Positions 1 through 10,704 of a stretch of 64,000 nt of DNA are shown here, one piece after another (position 1 is the stretch's first letter; every line of letters begins with the position of its first letter). Below the pieces are notes generated by a model that ran no database searches, was not told the origin of the DNA, and saw only the letters and a program-made list of their open reading frames with translations. Origin of the DNA: Hydrurus foetidus (Eukaryota). The stretch lies in contig UYFQ01000830.1 in NCBI GenBank assembly GCA_900617105.1, forward strand, positions 1 through 64,000, in the 5' to 3' direction. The translations under genes and the position numbers were made by a program.

Positions 1-19
1 AGAATAGGGGACTCGACGG

Positions 20-108
20 TATCTACTCTTGTTTTATTGAGCGTGGAAATTATTCTACTGTGTAGTTATACCGTACTCCGGAGTGTCCGGTATAGTGGGA
101 AGCCAACA
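20..108 (-). repeat. 3' LTR (only 89 bp match the 5' LTR; identity stops at position 19)
   Basis: Base-for-base identical to 5571-5659. The element strand starts TGTTGGCTTCCC directly after the PPT. Confidence 0.9.
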
Positions 109-118
109 TACCCCTTAA
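109..118 (-). promoter_or_regulatory. Polypurine tract (plus-strand priming site) of the copia element
   Basis: The element strand reads TTAAGGGGTA immediately before the TG of the 3' LTR. Confidence 0.7.
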
Positions 119-246
119 TTTATACGGTAAAAATAAAAAATTCAGAATCTGGTCCAGAGTCCGCAGATTGAGTGTTTAGACGGGGCCTGGGTCATGGTAT
201 GGAACTTGGGTCGCCTCTGTTCTGCTTGTCAAGAAATGGATTGGTC

Positions 247-1701
247 TCAGTCAGTACGGGAGTCATCTCGGATTGAACCCTCTGTCATAGGGCATGGAGC
301 TGCACCCATGATCCTGTCTCGCATAGTCCTGAAGAGGGATCCTTGCAGAGGCTTCGTCATGATATCAGCAATCATGTACTCAGTAGGGCAGTACACCAGC
401 TTGATGATATTCTTGGAAAGGAGGTCATGTAGCCAGAAGAACCCAATGCGGATGTGGCGAGAAAGTTCTGACGTGGGTCTGCCGTTCTCCACTAGCTTGA
501 TTGTTGATTGATTGTCTTGGAGCACTGTAACTGGGGATCTCGGGTACCCCTGGTTCTCGATGAAGTATGAGCTCCACAAGCTCTGCTGTAGTCCTTTGGA
601 CAAGGCAACCAACTCTGCCTCACATGAGGATGTGGTGTTCAGCTTCTGAGTGGTTGACTTGCTGTAGTAGGTCCCCGTCCCTAGTGTGATGCATACCCCT
701 GAGTGTGACTTCATATCAGGGTGAGTAGCGAATGACGCATCGATGAATGTAGTTACCCTGGGAGGAAGGTGACATCCGAGTCTGAGTGGGATGTCTGCAG
801 TGCCTTCTGCGTACCCAATGTATCTAGAGAGTTTTCGCCCGTCCTCTTCATTTGGCCCGAGCACTCGTTTCATTAGGAAGGAGAGTGGGGTGAGCATGTC
901 GGGTCTTGCACGGCAGGTGACAAAGTTGAACTTTGCGACAATCGAGTGGAAGGAGGCTTTGTACTCATCCGAGAGAGGAGGGCTGTCGGGCGAGGATTCA
1001 AATAGCTGCTCGATGGATGGGGACTTTGGACTCGTATTGGGAATCTTGAAGTGATCGGTGGCCTTTGCCTTGCTGACTATGTCCTCAATCATACCAGTTT
1101 GGTTGATAGACATATACGGAGGATCAGAAAAGTCCATGACCATGCCCAGGTAGTTGTGGACTTTACCTGGGGTGACTTTCAGCTCCTTATATCTTTCCTC
1201 GAGGGCCGCTACCACTTCTTCTGCATAGTGCAGTTTGGTGCTAGTGATTAGTAGGTCGTCTACATAGATGGCTATAGTAGTCTGATGTCCGGACTGCTCC
1301 TTGTTGAGGATGCATTTCTCGTACGGGTTGGGACTAAATCCGATTGAGCCAAGGAACGAGCTCAGCTCTTTGTACCAGAGCAGTGCGCTCTCGATGCATC
1401 CGTAGAGGGCCTGGTCGAGCTCCACAATGACGCTGCCGTTCGAGCGCTGGAATTTCTTGTAATCTGGGTCGAGATCAATGAGAATGTCAGCGATGGTTGG
1501 TGCAATTTCCATAAAGACCAGCTTATTCGTGTCGTCTTTGGGCATCTTGGCATTGAGATATGCGCTTCCTATGTCTAGGGATATGATGTGCCGACGCTCG
1601 GCTGCGGCCAGTTGTGCAACTATGAGTATGGCCGATGTACTCGCTGTAGGCGAGGAGGTGTCTATGCGGCTGTATAGATTGCGATCTTGACCGTCTCCTC
1701 C
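247..1701 (-). CDS. Copia reverse transcriptase + RNase H (second part of frameshifted pol)
   Basis: The frame of ORF 247..1545 stays open upstream to 1701 (GGDGQDRNLYS...SPTA...LDIGSAYLNAK). RT motifs: LYGCIESALLWY, IYVDDLLI, YLGM. RNase H motifs: FIDASFA, SSCEAELVA, QDNQSTI, IADIMTKPL. Confidence 0.95.
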   Translation of the reverse strand, partial: GGDGQDRNLYSRIDTSSPTASTSAILIVAQLAAAERRHIISLDIGSAYLNAKMPKDDTNKLVFMEIAPTIADILIDLDPDYKKFQRSNGSVIVELDQALYGCIESALLWYKELSSFLGSIGFSPNPYEKCILNKEQSGHQTTIAIYVDDLLITSTKLHYAEEVVAALEERYKELKVTPGKVHNYLGMVMDFSDPPYMSINQTGMIEDIVSKAKATDHFKIPNTSPKSPSIEQLFESSPDSPPLSDEYKASFHSIVAKFNFVTCRARPDMLTPLSFLMKRVLGPNEEDGRKLSRYIGYAEGTADIPLRLGCHLPPRVTTFIDASFATHPDMKSHSGVCITLGTGTYYSKSTTQKLNTTSSCEAELVALSKGLQQSLWSSYFIENQGYPRSPVTVLQDNQSTIKLVENGRPTSELSRHIRIGFFWLHDLLSKNIIKLVYCPTEYMIADIMTKPLQGSLFRTMRDRIMGAAPCPMTEGSIRDDSRTD

Positions 1702-4700
1702 CCAACCAGGCGTGCCTTAAGCTTGTCTTTGACACGTCCGTTCCCGTCACTGGAAGGTGCATATTTCTGGGTGATGTTCATCTGCGATCGTATGATGCTT
1801 TTTCGCTGTGATGCGGTGAGAGTGGCGTAGTCTCTTCCATGGAACACTCTTTTGCGCAGAAGCGTTTCTAGCTCCTGTCTAATGACTGCTAATGCTCCAT
1901 CAGGGTTCTCCTTTAAAGCCCGCTTAGCTGTGATGTGATAGACGCTGTAGAGGTTAAGTTTCTCTGGGGGTCGTCTAATCCGTGTAGGATGAACGTATGT
2001 GGGTTGTTGTTGTTTGGGGCTCGGTATCGGTTGGATGATCTCAGGATCAGGTTCTGCGATAGCCCCAGCCTTGGTCTCATCTAGTGGAGCAGTGGCCTCT
2101 TCAGCAGCCGTAGGCGTATCGCGCTCATCCGGTGTTGCATTGTCGTCGACGTCGTCTCGACCAGACGTTTCGTCTATGATGTCGTCAGCTATCACCGGTG
2201 TTTCTCCCCTACGGTCTAGCTCTACCCGTACATTTGCGTGAGAGGGTAAGGGAAGGTCGTCTGCGCGATGGGTGGTGGGCAGTGGGGACGGTGTCCGTTC
2301 AGGGGGTGCTGTGTCCAGTGATGAGAGGTCTTGGTGTGTGTCCTCAGCGAGAGTGGGCTCTGTGATATGGGAATCCAGTGTGGTGTCAGAGAGTCCGGCG
2401 TTGGTGAGGGTGCTGATCTGAAAGATTGGATCTTTAGATATTTTGATCTTATCGGATTCAGCTAGCCGAGTGAGGAGGGCGATTACTTCACTTGGCATTG
2501 GCAGAGGACGAAAGGTGTTGGCTCGAAAAATGGCACCGTTGTGCAGTGCATAGAATATGCATGTGCCAGTTCCGTTGCCCGACTGGCCGACTCCGATGGC
2601 TCCGAGCGTGCGGGGTGCCACAGTGTTGTCGGTAGTGCGGACAGGTACCTGATAGTAGGCACCAAATTCGAGTTGGCAGTCAATGGCAGCGTTGATGTGC
2701 CTATTGAATATTAGTTGAAACGGAGGGATGTTGTCCGTTCGAGTGGATGAGGGGAACATGTTTGTTCTGTACGCCACGAAAGGAATCATGTGAATGAATA
2801 TGGCTTTAGGACAGGGGTAGGGAAGTCCCGCTAGCAGTCCCCGAACACCTTCTTTGATGGTGCGTATTGCACGTTCGACAGTGTGGACGTGCATCCCTGG
2901 ACCAGCGAGGTGCAAGGTGATGCCTGCTCCAGCAAAGTCCTGACCCATGCATAAGATCCCTTTCTCGTTGTCGCTATATATGTGACGGACTGAGATACGG
3001 CGCTGGCCGTACGTTCCTAAGTGGGTGCGTAGGGTGCGTCTGAGTGTAGGTGTGTCTGTCTTCTCGAGGTAGGAACAGATGATGTGTCCGATGGGGTTTA
3101 CGATTGTGATCTCGAAAGCATAAGTAGCGGCGAAGAATATATCGGCATACATCTTCTGCTCCGCTGTCATGCGTGGGGAATCCTCCTGTGGAAAGGGGAT
3201 TGCACGTGCTGCTGTAGTCCTTCCCTTGATGGCCTCGATGCTAGGTCCATATATGATGGTTGCTCGGGTCACGTCTGCAGGGGTGACTGTCGTGTTCTGT
3301 ATAGTCCCGCTCGCGAGTGCTTTGATAAGCTTTGCGTCGGGTGGATTAGCTAGGCGCCTCTGTAGTTGGCGCGCCTCCCGGGCAAGGGTCACCTCGCGCC
3401 GTGAGTACTGTGCCTCATTGTCCGCTACTGTCGTGATTAGGCACTGTCGGACTGCCCTTGTGTCGTGGATGTAAAGTCCGTTGGCGTGATGTACAAACTT
3501 TAAGTTCCCGCTGTTGTGCAGGATCGTAAAGCTGTCATCGTTAGGGTGCTCTCCTTCGTCGTATGCTATGGAGATTCCCAGCTGCCGGAGCTGCGAGAAC
3601 GACAGGATGTTTGCTATCGCACCCTTGTGGACGTGCGCTTTGCATATTCCGAGGAACTCCACCACTGTGTTGGTGGATAGTACCCCTGAAATGCCGTCAA
3701 AGGTTACTTCGTCTTGTGTGTGAAGGTTGTGCAGCAGGGACCTATTCATGAACAGGGATCCGTTCGCCCCGGTGTCCAGCACTATGTCTGTCTTCCTCAG
3801 GGCTGATTTTGTGCTTGCTGTCAGCATAGGTGATGCCCTGGACTGTATGTGGACGTTCACTAGATAGTGACGGTCCTCGTCATCTGAGTCTGGCCCCTTG
3901 TAGTTGCTTTTTGCTACCATCGTTGTTCCCTTTCTCGGTCCAAAGTGGGGTTTCCCTTTCTCTTCTGTTGCAGCAATTGCTGCGCTCTGCGCGTCCTTAA
4001 ATTTGAAACAGGCAGACATTGCGTGACCATTTCTCCCGCAGAATTCGCATTTGATTGGAGTCTTCTCCTTCTCATCGCCTTTGGTGGCTGATTTTGTTTT
4101 CCCTTTTGCTCCTTTAGCATCCTTTCCGCCCTTGGTAGCTGCCAGCGCTCGTAGGGGTTCCTGGGAGCTCCTCCCACTTACCATCCAGCGTGAAGCTTTC
4201 AGTACTGCAGTTGGGAGGTCTGTGGGATACAGGTCCCTCCCATTGTGGAGCTCATTTGCAAACGATGTTTGCATCGTTGCATATCGGGAGCTATCCAGTC
4301 CTTGGATGAACCGCATGGCCTGAGTGGCAGCAGCTGGCTTCTCGAGTCCCAGCATCTCGTAGCTGTCGATGGTGTGTGCCATGCGGTGATGGAAGTCCGA
4401 CAGGGACTCTGTCTGTCTCTGCCTCATCGTTGCGAAGTCTACAGTGACTCTATCTTGATCAATGCGCTTATTTCCGGCTGTCTTGGTTGTCACAACGTGC
4501 ACCACATCTTTCCAAAGGGATAGAGGGCAGTTGATAAACGCCGTGTTTGTTGGTGGCGTGTCGTCAGGTGTAGATGTTGCCGTAGCAGTAGGAGTTGCAG
4601 ATGAGGTAGGCATAATCGATTCAGACATAAGATGAGATCGATGGATAGAAAGTTTCTCGTCAACTTCCTTAGTTGTCATGGAAGTGATGATGCCGTATAG

Positions 4701-5099
4701 TTTGGCTTTCGATTTCTCGTAGGCGAGGTTGTCGATGTCGGCCTGCTTCATCTTTCCGATTATGCGAGCTTTGTTGAGCCCAAGAGGATCGTTTTCTTCC
4801 GATAGCGATGCCGCGCTGTAGTTGACGGTAATCTCGTCTTGGTATCTCCCTTCTGTAAAAATCTTTGAGATGGGGCCGAGCTCCTTCTGGCAGTATGCAA
4901 TCAGCGCATTCTTGATGTGCGATATATTGCCGCCGCAATTTATGTCGATGACTGGAAGCTCTGGCGGATTGATCTTCTTGAAGACGTGCGGCTTGGTGAT
5001 GTCGGCGCCAGCAGCTTTCTTCGCGTGGCTGGAGTCGGGTTTCTTATCGTGAGCTACAGTCTTGGTGTTCTTCGTTGCATTCTTTGGCTTGCTTGCCAT
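1700..5099 (-). CDS. Copia gag-protease-integrase and start of RT (first part of gag-pol)
   Basis: First ATG at 5099 (MASKPKN). Zinc knuckle CEFCGRNGHAMSAC (CX2CX4HX4C), aspartic protease LDTGA, integrase D,D-35-E core (YADIFF, YSDNEKG, TVERAIRTIKE), and RT entry motif KDKLKARLVG. Confidence 0.95.
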
Positions 5100-5275
5100 G
5101 ATTGGAAATTTGAATTTCAAGTTCCGGAAACGAAGTGAGCGGCAGGTTTGCGTTACCCGACGTGAAGATAATTTAATTGTGTTGGAATATGGTTGCTCGA
5201 GTTGGAAAGTCGAGGGTTCTAAACCGTGATATCGACTTCACCGTTATAGCTGCTTAACCGTCTTATGAGGACAGG

Positions 5276-5659
5276 TGTTGGTATTGGAGCGTCGTTGGCA
5301 ACCGACCAAGTATGAAACAGAAGTGTAGTGTACTTCGAGTCGTTACAATTAAATTATGGTTTATCATTGAAGACATTGATGCAGCAGATACTATTCAGAG
5401 TTGGTATATGCCGTGATTATTGGATGCCATCAGGTTGTAGTAGGTCCTCGAAGGATCCGGTACGGGTACCATGATTGACTTCGAGGTTTAGATCGAGTTC
5501 AAGTAGGCTAAAAAATAGAAGTACGTCAGAGGGAATTTCATTGCATTTGCATATATGTGTGTCATAGGTCTATCTACTCTTGTTTTATTGAGCGTGGAAA
5601 TTATTCTACTGTGTAGTTATACCGTACTCCGGAGTGTCCGGTATAGTGGGAAGCCAACA
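5276..5659 (-). repeat. 5' LTR (outer end 5659 firm; inner end uncertain, 5276 or 5472)
   Basis: 5571-5659 is identical to 20-108. The span 5276-5659 has perfect 6-bp inverted ends TGTTGG...CCAACA. An alternative end at 5472 abuts a TGG-starting PBS-like sequence. Confidence 0.7.
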
Positions 5660-6625
5660 CATTGGTCTGTCTGTGAGTAATCTTATCTGACTGCTAAAAT
5701 CAAGAAATTGCAGCTTTTTACGTTGAATTATGAATTATTACTATTTCCACTGAAGTGATGTTCTTCGAGGCGTTGTACGATTTGTTTCTTACATTTACGA
5801 CAACTTTGCCGACTTAAAAGTTGTTGCACGTTCTGGATTATGAGGCAGTAAAAGATGGAGTAGAGCCTTCATCTCCTCATGCAAGCCCGACTGCCAGTTT
5901 CTGCCGATAATAAAATTCAGATTATTACGCATGAAACCAGCCGCCATTTTTTGTGCATGGTAATCTGGTATAATGCAGTGCCAAAAAGGAGCAGTCCACT
6001 CCGTCGTTCAGATCAAATTGGATCAAATATCAATACATCCAATCCAAACCATGGTAGTTTGTGCTCAGTACATCTGACGACTTATTTCATTAGTTTAAGG
6101 AGTCAATGCACTCAACACAAACTTCGGTGGTTAGAGTTGGGTACGATTTAATTTGAAGTGATTTGATGAGATTATTGCAGGCTGGTTGTTCACGAGTGAT
6201 ATTTCTCTGGAAATGCGGTGGAAATCTCGGGTTGTCAGCTTGTAGGAACAAGCGTACTACCGTAGCAGCCCAGTACCAGGAGCTGCAAACTGCAAACGAA
6301 GTAGGTGGCACTGTTGTTGAAGGTACGACAAGGTGACGCAACAGTACGACGTGACCAAAACTGGTGCCCTACTACCTGCTTCAAAGTGCAGCTAATTACC
6401 TCGACTCAGTTTCACTGTAACAGCTTGCCGATATCGGTGTGAAGCAAATTGTAGGGCGACAGCATGCGTCTTGGAGAAAGTGCTTCAAACGAGATCTGCA
6501 TTCATCTCGAATTGTGGCAGATAGGTCGTTAAAATTGTAAATAGGGAAGATAATTTTCTGGTGGAATTGTCGGAGCGCAATCGTTTTACAGTCTGCACCG
6601 TATCAGTTCTTAACTCCAGGCAATC

Positions 6626-8084
6626 ATGAACTTTAAGCTGCATGTCATCGGAGTCGTAGCGCTTCTCCTCGTCTTCACACAGGAAGTCAGGTCCAAACTC
6701 GGTACAAAAGACTTCATGGCTTGCGGCGGTCTCAGTACAGCTATCACAGATCTACTCTTATTCCCACTGGATACCATTAAGGTTACACAGCAGAGCAGTA
6801 AACAGGCGATGTCAGCAACTAAGGCTTTACAGCAGATCTTAAATGGCGGCGGCGGAGTAACAGCCCTATACAAAGGGGCTCTTGGCTACGCAACGATGGA
6901 TGGTGTCGGTGCTGCTATGTTCTTTGCCGTCTACGAGCGCATGAAGCGTTTCACAGTTGAGGACTTACAGCTGAAAGGATCCTGGCTAGGTGCATCAGTC
7001 TACGGTTCAGCTGCAGCTGCATTTGGTGTCTCCTCTATCATACTAGGTCAGTAATGCCCAGCATTCTGTTGAAGACTCTTCTTGCAGGCATAGCATTCCT
7101 TTTTTGCTGTACATCTATTAACAGCACAGGACATTTATTTTTCTACAGTGCCAGCCGAGCTGATAAAAGCTCGCATGCAGACTCAGGGGTTCAGCAATCT
7201 CGGTCAATGTCTGAGGGACGCTGTGGCCCGAGAGAGAGGGGGATTCATGGGACTTTACACCGGGTATGCGGCCACCATGGTGAGGGACCTCCCGTACTTT
7301 GCGCTCCAGCTGGGATTCTACGGTAAGTCGTCACACATCGAGAAGGGAGTCATTGCACAGGGAGAGGAGGAGGGTGGAGAAAAGTAGTTTTAGAGACCTG
7401 TCTATTTCGTGCGTCGCATTGAATAGCTGTTGCACCGCCCTGTCAATCATTTTTTTGATAGCTGACTGACGTGACTGGCTGACTACCGCTGCGACTGACT
7501 GAGTGACAGATTGCATTCCACCGTAGCCTGCTATTTACTCTACTGATGGAATCGCACACCTAATATCACCGACATAACTACTGTCAGACAATATCAAGGA
7601 CGCTCTGACGAGTCGCTTCTCGACACTCAATGACGATTTTAAAGAAAGACCCCATCGGTTGAGTGAGAAGAAATCGGGCCCAGGATCCTTCCAAGAGAGA
7701 TTCAGTGACGTACGCATGAGTCCCGCTGTGATCGACTTGGTATCCGGCATATCGGCAGGGTTCCTAACAGGGTTGCTTACTAACCCCATGGACGTCATCA
7801 CTGCACGTCTGATGACTCAGAAGGCAGACATGGCCAAGAACCTGCTGCCAGGGTTCAGAGCGTCTGTGGGCGCACCATACAAGGGGCTCGCTGACTGTGT
7901 GGTGCGCATGGCGAGGGAGGAAGGTCCTCGGTCCTTCCTCATAGGGGTGAAGTCCCGTGTGGGGTGGATCGCCCCCTTTACCGCTATCTCCCTGGGACTC
8001 AACAATTATCTCAGAAGGAGGGTGGAGGAGTCGTATTTGCAGGCAGAGGTGAAGGCGGAGTTGAACAAGAGAGGAGGGGCATGA
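6626..8084 (+). CDS. Mitochondrial carrier family (SLC25) protein, S-adenosylmethionine-carrier-like, with N-terminal signal peptide; 3 exons
   Basis: Exons 6626-7046, 7149-7322 and 7588-8084 (GT-AG, 1092 nt, in frame). Three PX[D/E]XX[K/R]-type repeats: FPLDTIKV, VPAELIKAR, NPMDVITAR. Also GLYTGYAATMVRDLPY and SRVGWIAP, as in SAM carriers. Confidence 0.9.
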
Positions 8085-9374
8085 AGTAGTGCATGGTGCT
8101 TTTGATGGAAGGGATGCGATGCGACAGCACCGTGAATCCCACTTCTGTAGCATTTGACTGCACTACTTGACACAACTCCAACAGTAGGCTTCATTTTATG
8201 ATATCGCACACCATCAGATTTGATCGGTCTTAATTGAATTGGATTGGATTGTGGTGGATCAGACTGGACCTGACTGGACAGTATGACAAATGGGCGGGTC
8301 AGCCTACATTCTAGAGTATCTGTCTGTCTGTCTCGCGACCACCGTCCCCCCTGCTCTGTTCTTTCCTTTCTCGAATCGTCTTGACTTAGTTTGACTTGTC
8401 TCGTCTCGCACCTTTCTCGGAGTAGCCCTTGTCGTACGATGCAATTGAATTACCATCTGCACTTCTCCTATCTCGTGGCAATCCAACCCATCACGACGCG
8501 CGGTTGTGTCACATTTTTGAAATGAGTAGTGTAGGGTATCCCATCGTGCTAGGGGCTCAGTTACGCTTTCCATCTGTTTCCTGTGAGACGGCATCGGTCC
8601 TGTCCAAGTGGCTACTGCTTCTGCAATGTAGTGTAGCGGAGAATGCATGCAGCATCTGACAGAAGCATGCGATGTGATGCGATCAACGATTTTCGGCCAA
8701 TTTCAAACTCAACTCACGCTATTGTGAAGCGTCAGTGCACCTGTTCTGTCTTTTGTTTTCTTTTCGCATATCCAAGGTTTACTTCAGAAGGCTTCTATGC
8801 GAGAGACCAATTTTATGTTTTATGTAAAAAGATAAAGTAAATACAAAAGAAAGAAGAACGAATAGTTGGGAGTTGTTCGAGGGAAGGGGTTCTGTCTGAT
8901 GCCGACTATGAGAGTAGCTGAGTGGCGAGGGTGCTTCACTGACAGGTGTGCTATCTGAGTGACAGTCCTATCAATTGGATTGAAGACGTAGTAAGCGCTG
9001 CATGTGCTGATTAATGTGTATCCTGTCAGGACGAGACGAGGCAGCGATGATACACGATCACTGTATTATGCCAGAGCTGAGGGGAAGAAATGTGTTTTTT
9101 TGTTCGTGCATGTGCGAGTGTGTGTGCGTGTATGAGAGAGAGAGAGAGGGAGAAATTGCGTGCGTGCTAGTATGTATGTGTGTGTGTGTGTATGCGTGCT
9201 AATGTGTGCGCATGTGCATGTGCGTGTGAGTGTGTACAATAGTATGTGGTCGCGAAAGTTGTCTCTGTGGGTCAGAGAAGGATCAGTGGACAAAAAGCCA
9301 AAGCATCCTGTATCTTGACCCGTCTATCTCATCTCATCTTGGCCTAGTTTGTCTCCACTGAATGGTACGGGTGC

Positions 9375-10704
9375 TCACTTGACTGTGTAAGTGGCTGTCA
9401 AGTACTTCACGATGTCAGCTGAGCCGAACAGCTTTGTGTTCGTGTTGGGGTCCTCCATGTACGGGATGTCAGACTTGCCCGCTCTAGCGGCTAATTTGCT
9501 GAGGTTCTTCGAACCCTTTGCACAGTGCGTCATCCGATGGGCGAGAGCGAGCCCACACAGCGTCTCTCTCACGGGCCGCACACTGGCAGAGCCTTCAAAC
9601 CCCCACAACTCGATGGGCTTCTTCCTCATATTGTCAGACTTTATGTTAGATATCAGTTTACTGCCAGCAGCAGTGGACCCCCCGACCTTGGTCTTCAATG
9701 ACGCTGGAATCTCAGCAGCCCCAGGTCCGAAGTAGTCGAACAAATACTCGATGATCTTGTCTGACTCACCCAGAGAGCCCAGCTTGCCCATAGAGTTACC
9801 AGGATCGACAAGGAAGGGAACAGTTCTAGATCCGAGAGTTCTTGTTGAGAGTTCATCAGAGAAACCGTATCTGGCGTTGGGGCAGGGTCTGTACTCTACG
9901 GTGAGGTCCAGCATCGAAAGGGCCTCTCGAACTCTCTTGCTGCACATCATCGTCATCATCATCCAATTGAGTCATATCGTCATTCAAGTCGTTCGTTGGC
10001 AAGAATTTTGAATGTTACAAGGACTTACCAGAATGCTGATCCCTCATACTCGTACAGTATAAGAGTCTTCTTCGGTCTTGACCACTTTGAAGGATCGCCT
10101 AGTACCTGTGCTCCAGCACTTGCTCGAGTCGCCTGAGTCAAAGACCCAGTTAGAGAGCTGAAAAAGTTGACTTTCGGGGCTTCGATAATTTCACCCTTCT
10201 GTTTCTCAGAAGATTTTTTCTTGTTCACGACATCGCCATTCATAACTGGGGCTCTCGAAGGATCTGCCATGTTGTAGCTCCCTGTCGTGCTGAATACTTC
10301 ATTATTTCGTGTGTCCCCACGTTTTTTTTCCTCTTTAACGGTGACCTTCACAGTCTTCTTTCCGTCGACGTAGTTCTTTGTATCCTATTCAACACGAAAA
10401 GCAGTTACGGAGAGAACTTAGATTCTTCGACAGGGTAGTCAAGAGTTGGGAGTGATTTTCTGATGACCTCGTAAGAATTAAAAATCCAGGGCGTCGTTGC
10501 CCAGAGAATTCCTCGAATAACGTCTTTTCCTCCGGGTCCCTTTTTGGTGTCAACTTCTTCAACATCTTCATTCTTTCCAGCAAATAATCTTCCAGAGTTG
10601 TACGACCTACTTGATTTTACAGATCTGCTGCTCAAAAGACTGTTAGCTTTCAGGATTGCGACCACGGCTGTGATGAACAGCAAAATTCGGGAGAAATTCG
10701 TCAT
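9375..10704 (-). CDS. Tandem GST-N/thioredoxin-fold (2GST_N-type) protein, predicted plastid-targeted; 3 exons
   Basis: Exons 10704-10468, 10384-10029 and 9939-9375 (1158 nt, in frame; the first donor is less certain). Domain 1: LYEYEGSAFCKRVREAL...VPFLVDP...ESDKIIEYL. Domain 2: LWGFEGSASVRPVRETL...IPYMEDPNT...SADIVKYL. Hydrophobic signal peptide followed by an S/R/K-rich transit-like segment. Confidence 0.85.

Larger units (their letters stand above)
20..5659 (-). mobile_element. Ty1/copia LTR retrotransposon, near full length, one frameshift in pol
   Basis: Domain order is gag(CCHC)-protease-integrase-RT-RNase H (copia order). It is flanked by an identical 89-bp direct repeat (20-108 and 5571-5659) that begins TGTTGG on the element strand, and a purine tract precedes the downstream copy. 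No target-site duplication could be verified. Confidence 0.96.

Noticed and set aside
194..5138. Plus-strand ORFs overlapping the retrotransposon
   Set aside because: Antisense shadows of gag-pol with no motifs of their own.
5230..5300. Complete tRNA gene around the CTCATAA loop
   Set aside because: No D arm, TTC arm or acceptor stem. Only the anticodon-like hairpin is present (reported as a finding).
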